DNA of 64,000 nt, filler included, from Candidatus Babelota bacterium (GTDB lineage: Bacteria; JAGOBX01), in assembly GCA_017999075.1 (NCBI GenBank). It is 7 parts of 7 records of this genome, joined end to end, with 100 filler letters (N's around TTAATTAATTAA, not from the genome) between each part and the next. Parts side by side here need not be neighbours in the genome. Positions count along the whole stretch, not along the records: positions 1 to 9,839 come from JAGOBX010000098.1; positions 9,940 to 19,611 come from JAGOBX010000099.1; 5 more parts are not named here. One strand, given 5' to 3'. The first letter of the stretch is position 1. Each line of letters starts with the position of its first letter. The translations under genes were made by a program, and so were the position numbers. The notes under the pieces were generated by a model that was not told the DNA's origin, did not search any database, and saw only the letters and a list, made by a program, of their open reading frames with translations. Shown piece after piece: positions 1-10,441 of this stretch.

Positions 1-1
1 T

Positions 2-1069
2 AATTCAGATCAGATTCAGGGACAAGTTTATGAAGGAGTTTATGTTAAAAAACCATCGGTATTGAAAGAGTTGAGTAAAGATTGTATTATTATAATTACT
101 ACAAAATCATATAATAGCGTGATTGTTGAATTGAAAGAAAAGGGTTATAAACCTGGAGTTGATTTTTTTTGTTCGCCTTATATATTGAATATGAAAATAC
201 ATGCTGAGTTTAAAGAAATTGATAAAAAAATATTATTTACCAGTCCAGATATAGTAACTGAAGATATTAATGCCGGCGGAGGTTTGTACCACATGGATTT
301 AAAAACAAAATGTATAGAAAAAAAAATATCTGGCAAATTTCGAGATTTTTCTATTATTGATAATAAAATTTATGTTATAGACGAATTTAAAGGTATAATG
401 ATTTACAATATGTATTATGAATATCTGGAAAATATACCAGGTATACCTAATGGGCGCATGTGCGGACTTTCATTTAATGTAGAAGAAAATTTGGCTTTTA
501 TCGTTAATTCTGAACTGGATTCAGTTTCAGTTATAAATATGATTACTAAAGAAAAAGTCAGGGATATTTTTATAAGTAAAAATTCTGAAGATAAAAGACA
601 GGATAAACATCATTTGAATGATGTATGTTATTATAAAGGTTATATTTTTGTCTCTATGTTTTCTTTTTCTGGTCTTTTTAAATCTGAGGTTTGTGATGGT
701 GGAATAGTTCAAATTAATTATAAAACAGGAGAAATGTTAAGCAATGTTATAACTGATAAGTGGATGCCTCATACAGTGAAATTTATAAATAACGAAATCG
801 TTTTTATAGAAAGTATACTGGGGAATGTTTATAAGGGTAATAACAAGATTATGACTCAGATAAGCGGATTTATTCGCGGTTTGGATTTTGACGGTAAATT
901 TTGGTATTTAGGACAAAGTGAACACAGATATTACGATCGTCTTGACAGAATAAAAAATAATATCCAGATTAATTGTGGTATAAATATTTTTGATAATGCA
1001 TCTAAAGCAAGCAGGTTTTTTAATGTAGATAATGTTACAAATATACATTCTTTGAAGGTAATTGATTAA
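2..1069 (+). CDS. Beta-propeller / DUF4915-like protein of glycan loci (5' truncated by window edge)
   Basis: Frame is open from nt 2; motifs HHLNDV, MPHTV, GFIRGL, LGQSEHR. Confidence 0.6.
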   Translation, partial: NSDQIQGQVYEGVYVKKPSVLKELSKDCIIIITTKSYNSVIVELKEKGYKPGVDFFCSPYILNMKIHAEFKEIDKKILFTSPDIVTEDINAGGGLYHMDLKTKCIEKKISGKFRDFSIIDNKIYVIDEFKGIMIYNMYYEYLENIPGIPNGRMCGLSFNVEENLAFIVNSELDSVSVINMITKEKVRDIFISKNSEDKRQDKHHLNDVCYYKGYIFVSMFSFSGLFKSEVCDGGIVQINYKTGEMLSNVITDKWMPHTVKFINNEIVFIESILGNVYKGNNKIMTQISGFIRGLDFDGKFWYLGQSEHRYYDRLDRIKNNIQINCGINIFDNASKASRFFNVDNVTNIHSLKVID

Positions 1070-1082
1070 AAATCAACAATAC

Positions 1083-2498
1083 ATGAATATATATATATTG
1101 GTTGAAGTAAAAGATAGGGAATTGGATAGTAGAATTCTTTTATCTCTAATTGCTGCGGAACGCGGGCATACTGTTTTAATTGGTGGAGAAGAAGACACTG
1201 TGAGTTTAGCCATGTCAGGTTTGCTCAAACCTGGGATTTTACATCAAGTGAGTGTTATGAAAGGACTTGTTAGATTTTTTAAACCTATAAAAGAAAATCA
1301 ACATCTTATAACTTCGCAGGATGAAGAACATGGTCTTCTTTCTCAATCTTACGGAAATTTTGCTTTACGTCGGTTCAGCAAGGAAACTCTTGAATATGCA
1401 GATAAAATATTTTGTTGGGGAGAACATGATAAGAATTCTTTACAATCAATATATGCAGAATACAGTTCTAAATTTATAGCTACTGGTTCTCCTCGAGTTG
1501 ATTTATGGAAACCTGAATTTAATTCTTATTTTCCTGAAATTAATAATCCTATTGTTAGTTCTTATAAAAAATATATATTAATTTCTTCTAATTTTGGATT
1601 GATACTTAATGAGAATCGGTTTTGGCTGACTTTGGATATGAAAAAGAAATATAGTGTTGTAAATGAATCTGATGAATATGCGATGTATAACCGTGCTGCT
1701 AGACAATTTGAAATGCTGGCGGAATTCGTGAAAGCTATAAGGCTTCTGGCAGTAGTTTATCCTGATGTTCTTTTTGTATTAAGACCTCATCCTGTTGAGG
1801 TTCAACATGGGTGGAAGACTATATTACGTGAGTATAAAAATATTTTGGTTTTAAGAGAAGGTAGTATAAGTAAATGGATAAGAAACGCCGCAGCCCTTAT
1901 ACATAACGGATGTACAAGCGGTTTTGAATCAGTAATAAGCGGAACGCCAACAATAGCATATCAGCCGTTAAAATCGGATAATGCTAATCATATTTCAAAT
2001 TCTATTGATTATGAAGCCTATGACGAAAATCAACTTGTGAAAATTGTTGATAAAGTTTTATGTGAATCCGAACTGAAACAAAGAAAAGTTGTGGGGGACG
2101 AAATTATTGAGTCGCGGTTTTGCAATTTAAATAAAACATTAGCTGCTGACAATATTGTTGATGAATGGGAAAAACTTTATACAAATAAATTGGATGAGAA
2201 AAACAACTGGGTTGCCATCAAAATAAAAATTGACATTCCCGAAATGCTGAAAAATATAAAATTATTTATATTGAATTTGTTTAAAATTGCAGGTAATCCA
2301 TATAAAATAAAAAAATTGCTTGATTTAATTGAAGATAATGGATTTGGAACTGTTAAATTTAAATCAAAACATAAATTTTCAGATTTATCAGAAAAAGAAT
2401 TAAAAAATATTATAAACAGATATCAGTTAACGCTGAATAGGTTTTATAATATAAAGTTTGAGCGTTTCAGAAAAAAATCATTTATAATTTATAAATGA
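1083..2498 (+). CDS. Surface carbohydrate biosynthesis protein (TIGR04396-like)
   Basis: YILVEVKDRELDSR, DEEHG, TGSPRVDLW, LRPHPVE, HNGCTSGFE; ATG at 1083. Confidence 0.75.
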   Translation: MNIYILVEVKDRELDSRILLSLIAAERGHTVLIGGEEDTVSLAMSGLLKPGILHQVSVMKGLVRFFKPIKENQHLITSQDEEHGLLSQSYGNFALRRFSKETLEYADKIFCWGEHDKNSLQSIYAEYSSKFIATGSPRVDLWKPEFNSYFPEINNPIVSSYKKYILISSNFGLILNENRFWLTLDMKKKYSVVNESDEYAMYNRAARQFEMLAEFVKAIRLLAVVYPDVLFVLRPHPVEVQHGWKTILREYKNILVLREGSISKWIRNAAALIHNGCTSGFESVISGTPTIAYQPLKSDNANHISNSIDYEAYDENQLVKIVDKVLCESELKQRKVVGDEIIESRFCNLNKTLAADNIVDEWEKLYTNKLDEKNNWVAIKIKIDIPEMLKNIKLFILNLFKIAGNPYKIKKLLDLIEDNGFGTVKFKSKHKFSDLSEKELKNIINRYQLTLNRFYNIKFERFRKKSFIIYK

Positions 2499-2528
2499 TG
2501 GTTTTATAATAATAGACAGGAGAATCGT

Positions 2529-3371
2529 TTGGAATTAAAAGATAATAAATGCAACTGTAATAAAAAAGAAGAATTATATAAAAAATATCCTCCTTTTAAA
2601 AATCAGTTATACAGAGATTTGAGAATTAATTATGAAAATTTTTTTATTCATCGTTTGACTCAGATTAATAATAGGGAAGAAGATTATATTAAACAGGTTA
2701 AACGAGTTTCTTTTGAACTTTCTAATATGTGCAATTATAGTTTTATTCATAAGAAATGCCCCACTTCAAAATATAAAAATAAAAAAATTTTATCTTCTGA
2801 AATTGTTTACAAAACTATCGATGAATTAAAGAAAATAAATTATTCCGGCGTTATAGCTTTTCATAGATATAATGAACCTTTAATAGATCCAAGATTATTT
2901 CAGTTTATAGAATATGTAAATAAGAATATTCCTTTAGCTAAAATTTTTATACTTTCAAACGGTTTTTATATTAACCAGTATATAGCAGATAAATTTTTCG
3001 AGTATAAAATATGGATTTTAGCTGCATCTGCATATTTTCCGGAAGAATATCAACGATTGATTAATTTAGAGGTGAAAATACCTTATTTTGTTTTTTGGTC
3101 TGAACTTGACGAAAGAAAAAGTATTTATGAGTCTGAAGAATTTAATTTAAATTTAGAATGTAATGCTCCAATACTGGATGTCAATATATGTTCAGATGGT
3201 CGATTGGGATTATGCTGTATGGATTGGAAAGGAGAATATTCTTTTTCGGATTTATCGGATAAAACTTTAGCCGAAGTTTTAAGAAGTGAAAATGTTCTGA
3301 AAATTCATAATGCCCTTATAAATAAAAAAAGAGTTCTTCCTATTTGCAGAAGATGCAGTATAAAACGATAA
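2529..3371 (+). CDS. Radical SAM/SPASM(twitch) protein with atypical cluster motif
   Basis: ELSNMCNYSFIHKKCP, YNEPLID, LSNG, C-terminal CNAP..DG.LGLCCMDW..CRRC. Confidence 0.7.
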   Translation: MELKDNKCNCNKKEELYKKYPPFKNQLYRDLRINYENFFIHRLTQINNREEDYIKQVKRVSFELSNMCNYSFIHKKCPTSKYKNKKILSSEIVYKTIDELKKINYSGVIAFHRYNEPLIDPRLFQFIEYVNKNIPLAKIFILSNGFYINQYIADKFFEYKIWILAASAYFPEEYQRLINLEVKIPYFVFWSELDERKSIYESEEFNLNLECNAPILDVNICSDGRLGLCCMDWKGEYSFSDLSDKTLAEVLRSENVLKIHNALINKKRVLPICRRCSIKR

Positions 3372-3390
3372 ATTTTAATTGAGTTAAATT

Positions 3391-4032
3391 GTGAATAATG
3401 AATTTATAAAATTAATAATAAAAAAGGTTAAAAGCAGATTGTCTGAAATTAAATTTTTTATTTTTAGAATAGCGTATAAAAAAAAAATACTCAAAAAAAT
3501 AAAAAATATAGATCGGATTTTTACCCATTTGACATCCGAGGAAAAATATATACTGTATGAATTGGCATTAAAGAAAAATGGGGTTTTTGTTGAAATTGGT
3601 TCTTTTCTTGGCGCTTCTTCGTTGTGTATTGCAAGAGCATTAAAAGAAAAAAATAAAAATGAAATATTGTATTGTGTTGATACATGGGAAAATGACGCTA
3701 TGAATTTGGATAAAAACGATACTTTTGATGAATTTTTAAATAATACTTTTGATTATAAAAATTATATAATTCCGATAAGAGGGTTTTCATATAATACAGC
3801 AAATGAATTTTCTTGCAAAATTGACTTTATATTTTTTGATGGGGATCATTCTTACGCTGGAATAAAAAAAGATTGGGATTTATGGTCATCTAAGCTCAGT
3901 GAAAAAGCAATAGTGGTGTTTCATGATTGGGGTTGGGCAGAAGGTGTTAAAAAAGTTATTTCAGAAGATGCTGTTAAAAAAGTTGAGTATAAAGGTTCAC
4001 TGCCTAATTTATGGTGGGGAATAAAAAATTAG
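3391..4032 (+). CDS. Class I SAM methyltransferase (Methyltransf_24-like)
   Basis: VEIGSFLGASS, CVDTW, FIFFDGDHSY, VVFHD. Confidence 0.85.
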   Translation: MNNEFIKLIIKKVKSRLSEIKFFIFRIAYKKKILKKIKNIDRIFTHLTSEEKYILYELALKKNGVFVEIGSFLGASSLCIARALKEKNKNEILYCVDTWENDAMNLDKNDTFDEFLNNTFDYKNYIIPIRGFSYNTANEFSCKIDFIFFDGDHSYAGIKKDWDLWSSKLSEKAIVVFHDWGWAEGVKKVISEDAVKKVEYKGSLPNLWWGIKN

Positions 4033-4052
4033 GATTTAATGGAGTAGAGAAT

Positions 4053-4925
4053 ATGAATGACGATATTATATCCAGGCAGATTATAGAATATGAAAATAGT
4101 TCAATAACCGAACGCCAATCGTATTGTGAACATACTCAGGAGCCTTTGAAAAATAAAGATTTGTTTTTTGATTTAAAAAATGAATTGGTTAATATAAAAT
4201 TGCCTACAGAAAATATTGAAATCAATATAAATGATTTTGAAAATTGGCTTGTTGATTTTTCGGCAATAAACGAACTGTATGAAAAAATGGGTGATGTATA
4301 TATTGAAAAATGCTTGGAACATTATTTGGCTTTTAAATATTTAAACATTTCTCAAAAGGATGTGGTTATAGATATTGCTGCTTGCGGCAGCCCGTTCGCT
4401 AAAATTTTAATTGAAAAAGGTATAAAATCATACCGCCTTGATATGTCTTACCCTGAAGGGATAAATGGTATTAATATTGGAGCTGATGCTGGTGATACAA
4501 AACTTCTATCTGAATTTGCAGATGTTTTATGTCTGCAATGCGCTTATGAATGTTTTATGGGTGATGCGGATATCAGGTTCATAAAAGAAGCCGGCAGGAT
4601 ACTTAAAAATAATGGTAGAGTAGGTATAGTGCCGCTTTATCTTGATGACAGTTATTATATTATAACAAGTCCTTATTGTAATCAGAATAATATTGTAATT
4701 GATGAAGGTGCTAAGCGTGTATGGCGTGAAGATAAATACAAAGCTCCGTTTTCAAGACATTATTCATTAGATTCTTTCAATAAGAGGATTCATTCGAATA
4801 TTCCAAACGGAATGAAAGCTAAAATATTATTTTTTCAGAATCTTCCTGATATAATGAAAAAGTATGCGAACCAGAGAATTTATTGTTATTTTATGTTGCT
4901 TTGTGAAAAAAAATGTGTGAACTGA
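4053..4925 (+). CDS. Class I SAM-dependent methyltransferase-like protein
   Basis: VIDIAACGSPF, EAGRILKNNG; GGAG RBS before ATG 4053. Confidence 0.7.
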   Translation: MNDDIISRQIIEYENSSITERQSYCEHTQEPLKNKDLFFDLKNELVNIKLPTENIEININDFENWLVDFSAINELYEKMGDVYIEKCLEHYLAFKYLNISQKDVVIDIAACGSPFAKILIEKGIKSYRLDMSYPEGINGINIGADAGDTKLLSEFADVLCLQCAYECFMGDADIRFIKEAGRILKNNGRVGIVPLYLDDSYYIITSPYCNQNNIVIDEGAKRVWREDKYKAPFSRHYSLDSFNKRIHSNIPNGMKAKILFFQNLPDIMKKYANQRIYCYFMLLCEKKCVN

Positions 4926-5920
4926 GTGTTATTATTCCTACTTTTAATAGAGCTCATTATTTAGATATAACTTTGGATTCTCTGTTAAATCAAACTTTGT
5001 CCTATGAAAAATTTGAAATCATAATTGTTGATAATGGTTCAACTGATAACACAAAAGAAATCAGTGATTCCTATAAAACTAAATTTTCTCATTTGAAATA
5101 TATTTATGAACCCAAAGCTGGCTTACATAATGCAAGGCATTGCGGTTTGAAAAATGCCGTTTCTGATATTTTAGTGTATGCTGACGATGATATAAAAGCA
5201 TTTCCTGCCTGGCTCGAATCTGTAATGAAAAGTTTTCAAGATGAAAATACAGTTTTGGTCGGAGGAAATAATTTTCCTGAATTTGAAGAACAGCCTCCTG
5301 ATTGGATTTCAGGTTTATGGGAAAAATCGTATTATGGAAAAAGTATGGGATATTTAAGTTTGATTGAATTTGGCAATAAAAAAAAAGAAATTCCGGCATA
5401 CTATGTGTGGGGATGCAATTTTGCCGTAAGAAAACAAATTGTATATGATGCTGGAGGTTTTCATCCAGATGCTTTTCCGGCTAATTATATTAAATTCCGT
5501 GGAGATGGAGAAAGTACTGTTACTAATTATATTATGCAGAAAAAATTAAAAACTTTTTTTGTTCCTGAAGCAAGTGTTTATCATATAATACCAGCTTCGC
5601 GGTTAACTCTGGATTATTTTAAAAAACGTTCATATCAACAGGGAATTACTGATGCTTATAGAAAAATAAGAACTGAATATTTTAAAAAAAATAATCTTGA
5701 CATCGATGTGTTTAAAAATAGAATAAGTTTTTGGAAACTTATAAAATCAAAGCAATATGAAATTAAGAATAAATTATTGTCAATTATTTTTTATAAAGAA
5801 AGTAAAATTAAAAAAAAAATTAGAATTGCTTATAATGAAGGTTATAATTTTTTAAAAAAAGAAGCAATGAAATCTTCTGAACTTTTGAATTGGATAATTA
5901 AACCTGATTATTTTGAATGA
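4913..5920 (+). CDS. Glycosyltransferase family 2
   Basis: SVIIPTFNR, IIVDNGSTD, YADDD, GCNFAVR. Confidence 0.92.
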   Translation: MCELSVIIPTFNRAHYLDITLDSLLNQTLSYEKFEIIIVDNGSTDNTKEISDSYKTKFSHLKYIYEPKAGLHNARHCGLKNAVSDILVYADDDIKAFPAWLESVMKSFQDENTVLVGGNNFPEFEEQPPDWISGLWEKSYYGKSMGYLSLIEFGNKKKEIPAYYVWGCNFAVRKQIVYDAGGFHPDAFPANYIKFRGDGESTVTNYIMQKKLKTFFVPEASVYHIIPASRLTLDYFKKRSYQQGITDAYRKIRTEYFKKNNLDIDVFKNRISFWKLIKSKQYEIKNKLLSIIFYKESKIKKKIRIAYNEGYNFLKKEAMKSSELLNWIIKPDYFE

Positions 5921-6011
5921 AATTTATAAAATTGTATTAAGAAAATAATTTATATGGATAAAAAAATTATTCATGTATGTGTACCGATATTAGAGTGTAA
6001 TAAAAAAATAT

Positions 6012-6170
6012 GTTACTGAAGCTTTGCATTTGATTTTGCTTGCCGTTGGAGTGGTGGGGTGGGGCAGATGAAGTCATTATCTCTTGTTTCACAATATAAT
6101 GGCTACAGTGTTTGTTGCTTGTTATAAGGGTTATAAACCTGTGTTTGTAGATGCGGATATTGATACGAGA
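6012..6170 (+). pseudogene. Remnant of DegT/DnrJ/EryC1/StrS sugar aminotransferase
   Basis: Frameshifted pieces TEALHLILLAVGV / GADEVIISCFT / GYKPVFVDADIDT match the family N-terminal motifs. Confidence 0.65.
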
Positions 6171-6189
6171 TACTCAATATCTACAGGAA

Positions 6190-6355
6190 GTATGATTTAT
6201 AAAAGAAGGAAAAGTGAAAGTGAATTTTTATACTGATGATAATGAATATTTTGTATCTAAAAAATTGATGCAGGGTAATGTAATTTGTTTGTACTTAGGT
6301 GCGCGGGGCTTTAAAATGGGTAAAAATAGTGAATAATTGAAGTAAAGGGAGTAAT
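6190..6355 (+). pseudogene. Remnant of a cupin-like protein of sugar-nucleotide loci
   Basis: KEGKVKVNFYTDDNEYFVSKKLMQGNVICLYLGARGFKM then IIEVK in another frame. Confidence 0.5.
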
Positions 6356-6399
6356 ATTACGACCATGACACTGGTGTTTTTTTTAATTAATTAAATATA

Positions 6400-7647
6400 A
6401 TGAAAAAAAAAACTATAGTAATTATTCAATTTTATTGGCGGATTTGTCCTATAACTACTAATCTTATTAAGACTCTTGTTGAAAAAGGATATAAAATAAT
6501 TTTTTTTGGGTATAACAGCGATACGAAACTTGTTGACATGAATCCGTTAGAAAAAATGGGAGTAGAATTTTATCTTGATAATGTGCTTGAAGCCCGTAAA
6601 ATAGAAAAGTTATATAATAATTTTTTACAATATGTATTCAATAAAGTATATAAAATATTGGTAAAAAAAAATCGTTTTATTTTAGAAAAATTTTTAAAAT
6701 TTATACCTGATAATTCTATAGTTCAGACTAAAATTATAGAATTAATAAAAAAGAAAATAGAAAAAAAATCTAATGAATTATTAGCAGTAATAGGTATTGA
6801 AAAGCAAGGATTAATTTATGCCGCTGAAATAGCTGAATATTTTAATGTGTCTTCCGTTTATTATAGTTTAGAGTTATATACAGATAACCACCCTTTTGTA
6901 CAAAAAAATATTTTTAGAGCTAAACTTACAGAATTGGAAAAAAAATATCATAAGAAATGTTCCGCAACTATTATTCAGGATAATGATAGAGCTGAACTGC
7001 TGTTTTCAAACAATAATGTTTCTAATAAAAAAATTTTTATGCCGGTTTACAGTAAAGGTTCTATAATTAAAACTAAACACAATTATTTTTATCGTAAATT
7101 TAATATTCCTGAAAATAAAAAAATTATTTTATATTTTGGTGTTATAATATTCAGTAGATTAATTAAAGAATTAATTGAATTTTTTGAATGTGTTGATCAG
7201 GAAAAGTATGTTTTAGTAATTCATGGGCCACTAATGTTTGATATAGTAAAATATAATTTTTCTGAAAACATTTATATTTCAGAAGATTTAGTAGATGAAG
7301 ATAGGATTTTTGATCTGGTATCGTCTGCTTATATAGGTATTGCAATATATAGACAAGTTACTGACAATGAAAAATTAACTGCTTTTTCTTCTACAAAAAT
7401 AGCTCAATATTTCAGGTGCGGAATCCCTGTAATTACATGGAATAATTTTAATTATCAAAGATTAATGTCAGAGTTTCAATGTGGTGAATTGATAGATTCT
7501 TTTGAACATCTGAATACCGCCGTTAATAAAATATCTTTAAACTATGACAAATATAAAATTGCAGCTTTTAGCGCATATAATAAATATTATAATATAGATA
7601 CCACAATAGAAAATTTAACAAGTTTTCTGGGAAAATTTGAAGAATAA
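6400..7647 (+). CDS. Glycosyltransferase, GT-B fold (GT4-like)
   Basis: YYSLEL, ILYFG, SAYIGIAIY, SSTKIAQYFRCGIPVI. Confidence 0.75.
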   Translation: MKKKTIVIIQFYWRICPITTNLIKTLVEKGYKIIFFGYNSDTKLVDMNPLEKMGVEFYLDNVLEARKIEKLYNNFLQYVFNKVYKILVKKNRFILEKFLKFIPDNSIVQTKIIELIKKKIEKKSNELLAVIGIEKQGLIYAAEIAEYFNVSSVYYSLELYTDNHPFVQKNIFRAKLTELEKKYHKKCSATIIQDNDRAELLFSNNNVSNKKIFMPVYSKGSIIKTKHNYFYRKFNIPENKKIILYFGVIIFSRLIKELIEFFECVDQEKYVLVIHGPLMFDIVKYNFSENIYISEDLVDEDRIFDLVSSAYIGIAIYRQVTDNEKLTAFSSTKIAQYFRCGIPVITWNNFNYQRLMSEFQCGELIDSFEHLNTAVNKISLNYDKYKIAAFSAYNKYYNIDTTIENLTSFLGKFEE

Positions 7648-7782
7648 TTTTAAAAGATGTCTATATAATATGGACTAAATTATTACTGTTTAATGGAGTT
7701 TTTAAATTATATTCCATTAAAAAAATCTTGTTTTTAAACCCTATAAAGATGACTTGAATATATAATAATAATAAATTCTTAT

Positions 7783-8445
7783 ATGAACTTTGCCGATAAA
7801 ACGGCGTCTAAAAAAATAATGATAGACATAGGCAGCGGATACACCATATTTCCTTTATGGTTTATAGAATTGGGATACGGTATAACAATCTTTGATTTGC
7901 CTGAACGTAAAGACAGGTTGGAATTGTATAAAAATCTCCCATACATAAAAAAAAATATTAATAAATTTAATTGTATTTACGGAGATATAGTAACTTATTC
8001 GGATTTTAACAGACAATATGATTTTTTGACATGCGTATCTGTTATTGAACATATTGAAAATGATATTACAGCATTTCAAAATATCATAAAATTACTAAGT
8101 AAAAATGGCATTGCAGTTTTGACGTTTCCTGTATCAGGAAAATATATTGAATGGAGGGATTCGAATTATTATTTAAATTTATCAAAATCGTTTACTCCTC
8201 AAAGCATTCGTGAAAGATGGATTAAAAATAATAGTGATGTAGAAATTTTGAATATGGAATATTATTTTTATGAAGAATATTTGAAAGTTCCTGGAAACGG
8301 GTGGACAGATTTTGCTAATTCATATAATTGTTTTAGACGTGTAGAAGAATCTGAAATTGTCAAACATTTGCCTGTTGAAAAAATTACAGGAGCTTGTGAA
8401 CCTTTTTTTCAATCAACATGTATTTTGACTGTTAAAAAAAAATAA
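7783..8445 (+). CDS. Class I SAM methyltransferase (possibly 5'-eroded)
   Basis: IDIGSGYTIFP, YDFLTCVSVIEHI; paralog of the next gene. Confidence 0.75.
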   Translation: MNFADKTASKKIMIDIGSGYTIFPLWFIELGYGITIFDLPERKDRLELYKNLPYIKKNINKFNCIYGDIVTYSDFNRQYDFLTCVSVIEHIENDITAFQNIIKLLSKNGIAVLTFPVSGKYIEWRDSNYYLNLSKSFTPQSIRERWIKNNSDVEILNMEYYFYEEYLKVPGNGWTDFANSYNCFRRVEESEIVKHLPVEKITGACEPFFQSTCILTVKKK

Positions 8446-8492
8446 TGGGAAAAGTTCAGAATATAAATTTTATATTATAAGGAGAAAATCAG

Positions 8493-9245
8493 ATGCGGGT
8501 AAATAAAGCTATAGAAAAACGATTTATAAATTTTTGTTATAATCATACCGGATTAAAAAAGGAAAGTATGCGAAACGGTAAATTGGGATTTACCCGTATT
8601 TTGGAATATTTGATCCCGTATGAATATATTGAAAAAAATTGTAAAACTCAGAAACCTCAAACAATTAAAATTTTAGATATTGGTTCGGGATATACTATTT
8701 TTCCAATGTGGCTGCTTTATAATAATTTTAATGTAACTATTTTAGATTTGCCTGAAAAAGAAGATAAGCTTAAATTGTATTTTAATCTTCCGGTAGTAAA
8801 AAAGCATATTAATGATTTTAGAATAATAATTCAAGATGCGAAAAAAATTGATTTGGGAGAAAAGTTTGATTTTATCACTGTTATCTCTTCTATGGAGCAT
8901 ATGTATAAGGAAATGTATATTATAAAACGCCTTGCCGGTCATCTGAAAAATGGAGGTAAAATGTTTGTGACGTTCCCGATTGCACGTAAATTATATGAGT
9001 TTGATGATCCGTATTTGATTAGATGTTATGATGAAAAAAGTATTGAAAAAAGATTGATTAACCCTTCAGGATTGAAACTGTTAAAAATGAGATATTTTAA
9101 GGCTTATAACAAAGAATTAGTCTTTCCGCAGCTTTATAAAGATGCTGTAAAATATTGTGACAAGTATATGAAAGAAGTTGATACAACGGATTTGATAACT
9201 GATGTATGGCCATTGAATACTGGAATATTAATTTTGCAAAAATAA
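8493..9245 (+). CDS. Class I SAM methyltransferase
   Basis: ILDIGSGYTIFP, FDFITVISSMEH, LKNGG; AGGAG RBS. Confidence 0.85.
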   Translation: MRVNKAIEKRFINFCYNHTGLKKESMRNGKLGFTRILEYLIPYEYIEKNCKTQKPQTIKILDIGSGYTIFPMWLLYNNFNVTILDLPEKEDKLKLYFNLPVVKKHINDFRIIIQDAKKIDLGEKFDFITVISSMEHMYKEMYIIKRLAGHLKNGGKMFVTFPIARKLYEFDDPYLIRCYDEKSIEKRLINPSGLKLLKMRYFKAYNKELVFPQLYKDAVKYCDKYMKEVDTTDLITDVWPLNTGILILQK

Positions 9246-9247
9246 AT

Positions 9248-9739
9248 ATGAATATAGAAAATATTGATTTTGTAAATGAAAATTATAAAGAATTAGATGA
9301 GCTTAATATAAATTTTTCATCAAATGAAAAACAATTTATATTTTATTCATGCCGTTTGAAACAAATTGATGAATTATTGAATGAGATCGGTAAAAAAGTA
9401 AGTGAAATTAATTTTGAAATTTTAGCTCTTAAAAAACAGGAAAAATTATTGTTATTGAATAAAAAATATAAAAATAATTATCGGGTTTTAATGGATGATG
9501 ATTCTTATAAATTTGATAATAGAGCAGATTACAGCTTGTTATGTTGTGAAAACATAATTATACCTGTAAATGATAATAATGATTCTTTTGACGGATATTC
9601 GGAAATAATTGCTATTGTAAAAAAAATTCATTTTAAATTTTTAATAATCAGTTATGAAAATAATAGTTATGAAATTTTTTCTAAAGATTTTGTTTTAACC
9701 TGTTTTGATGATCTGATTGCTAAGAGAAAAAAAAAATGA
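9248..9739 (+). CDS. Hypothetical protein
   Basis: ORF directly follows the upstream stop; no recognised motif. Confidence 0.5.
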   Translation: MNIENIDFVNENYKELDELNINFSSNEKQFIFYSCRLKQIDELLNEIGKKVSEINFEILALKKQEKLLLLNKKYKNNYRVLMDDDSYKFDNRADYSLLCCENIIIPVNDNNDSFDGYSEIIAIVKKIHFKFLIISYENNSYEIFSKDFVLTCFDDLIAKRKKK

Positions 9740-9839
9740 TTGCCAAAAAAAAGAAATTTATGGAGAAATAAGATATATACTTGACCTGAATAATGAGGAT
9801 ATTGAAAAAAATTTTATTAATCCCACCCAAAATGGAAAA

Positions 9840-9939
9840 NNNNNNNNNNNNNNNNNNNNNNNNNNNNNNNNNNNNNNNNNNNNTTAATTAATTAANNNNN
9901 NNNNNNNNNNNNNNNNNNNNNNNNNNNNNNNNNNNNNNN
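9840..9939. other. Artificial contig linker
   Basis: N-run, TTAATTAATTAA, N-run; 100 bp. Confidence 0.98.
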
Positions 9940-10057
9940 AAAGAGGAGATATAATTATAGCGGGTATTTATATATTAGAAGAAATAATGTATAAATTTGA
10001 TATAAAAAAAATTTTAATAAGCGATAATGGAATATTGGTTGGAATAATATTAAATTT

Positions 10058-10441
10058 ATGAGAATAGAAAAAATGGGATTGAGTTTAATTGAATTGGTAA
10101 TATCAATTTTTATTATAGGGATATCAATATCCAGTATTATTGCTTTAATAATAATAGGAGTAGAAAAAAACAGAACTGCGGATGATTATTTCAAAGCTCA
10201 ATTACTGGCGTTTTCGAGGATTGAACATTTAAAGTCAATATCTTCTGATTCTGCGTTAACATTTAATAATTCAGTTGAACCGTATAATTCTATCCCCGAT
10301 TATTTTCGCTTTAAAAGAATCACTTATACTCAGCCTGTAACAATTGGCGATTCAAGTTTATTGAAAATTGAAAGCAATGTATTTTGTAAAACTCAGAATG
10401 GAGAAATAAAATTAAAATTATGTGGAGTATTTGATTATTGA
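10058..10441 (+). CDS. Prepilin-type N-terminal protein (minor pilin/pseudopilin)
   Basis: MG|LSLIELVISIFIIG class III signal with E at +5. Confidence 0.75.
   Translation: MRIEKMGLSLIELVISIFIIGISISSIIALIIIGVEKNRTADDYFKAQLLAFSRIEHLKSISSDSALTFNNSVEPYNSIPDYFRFKRITYTQPVTIGDSSLLKIESNVFCKTQNGEIKLKLCGVFDY

Noticed and set aside
7744-7755. TGA read as Trp or Sec in R*LEY
   Set aside because: A TAA lies two codons upstream and many genes here end in TGA, consistent with code 11.
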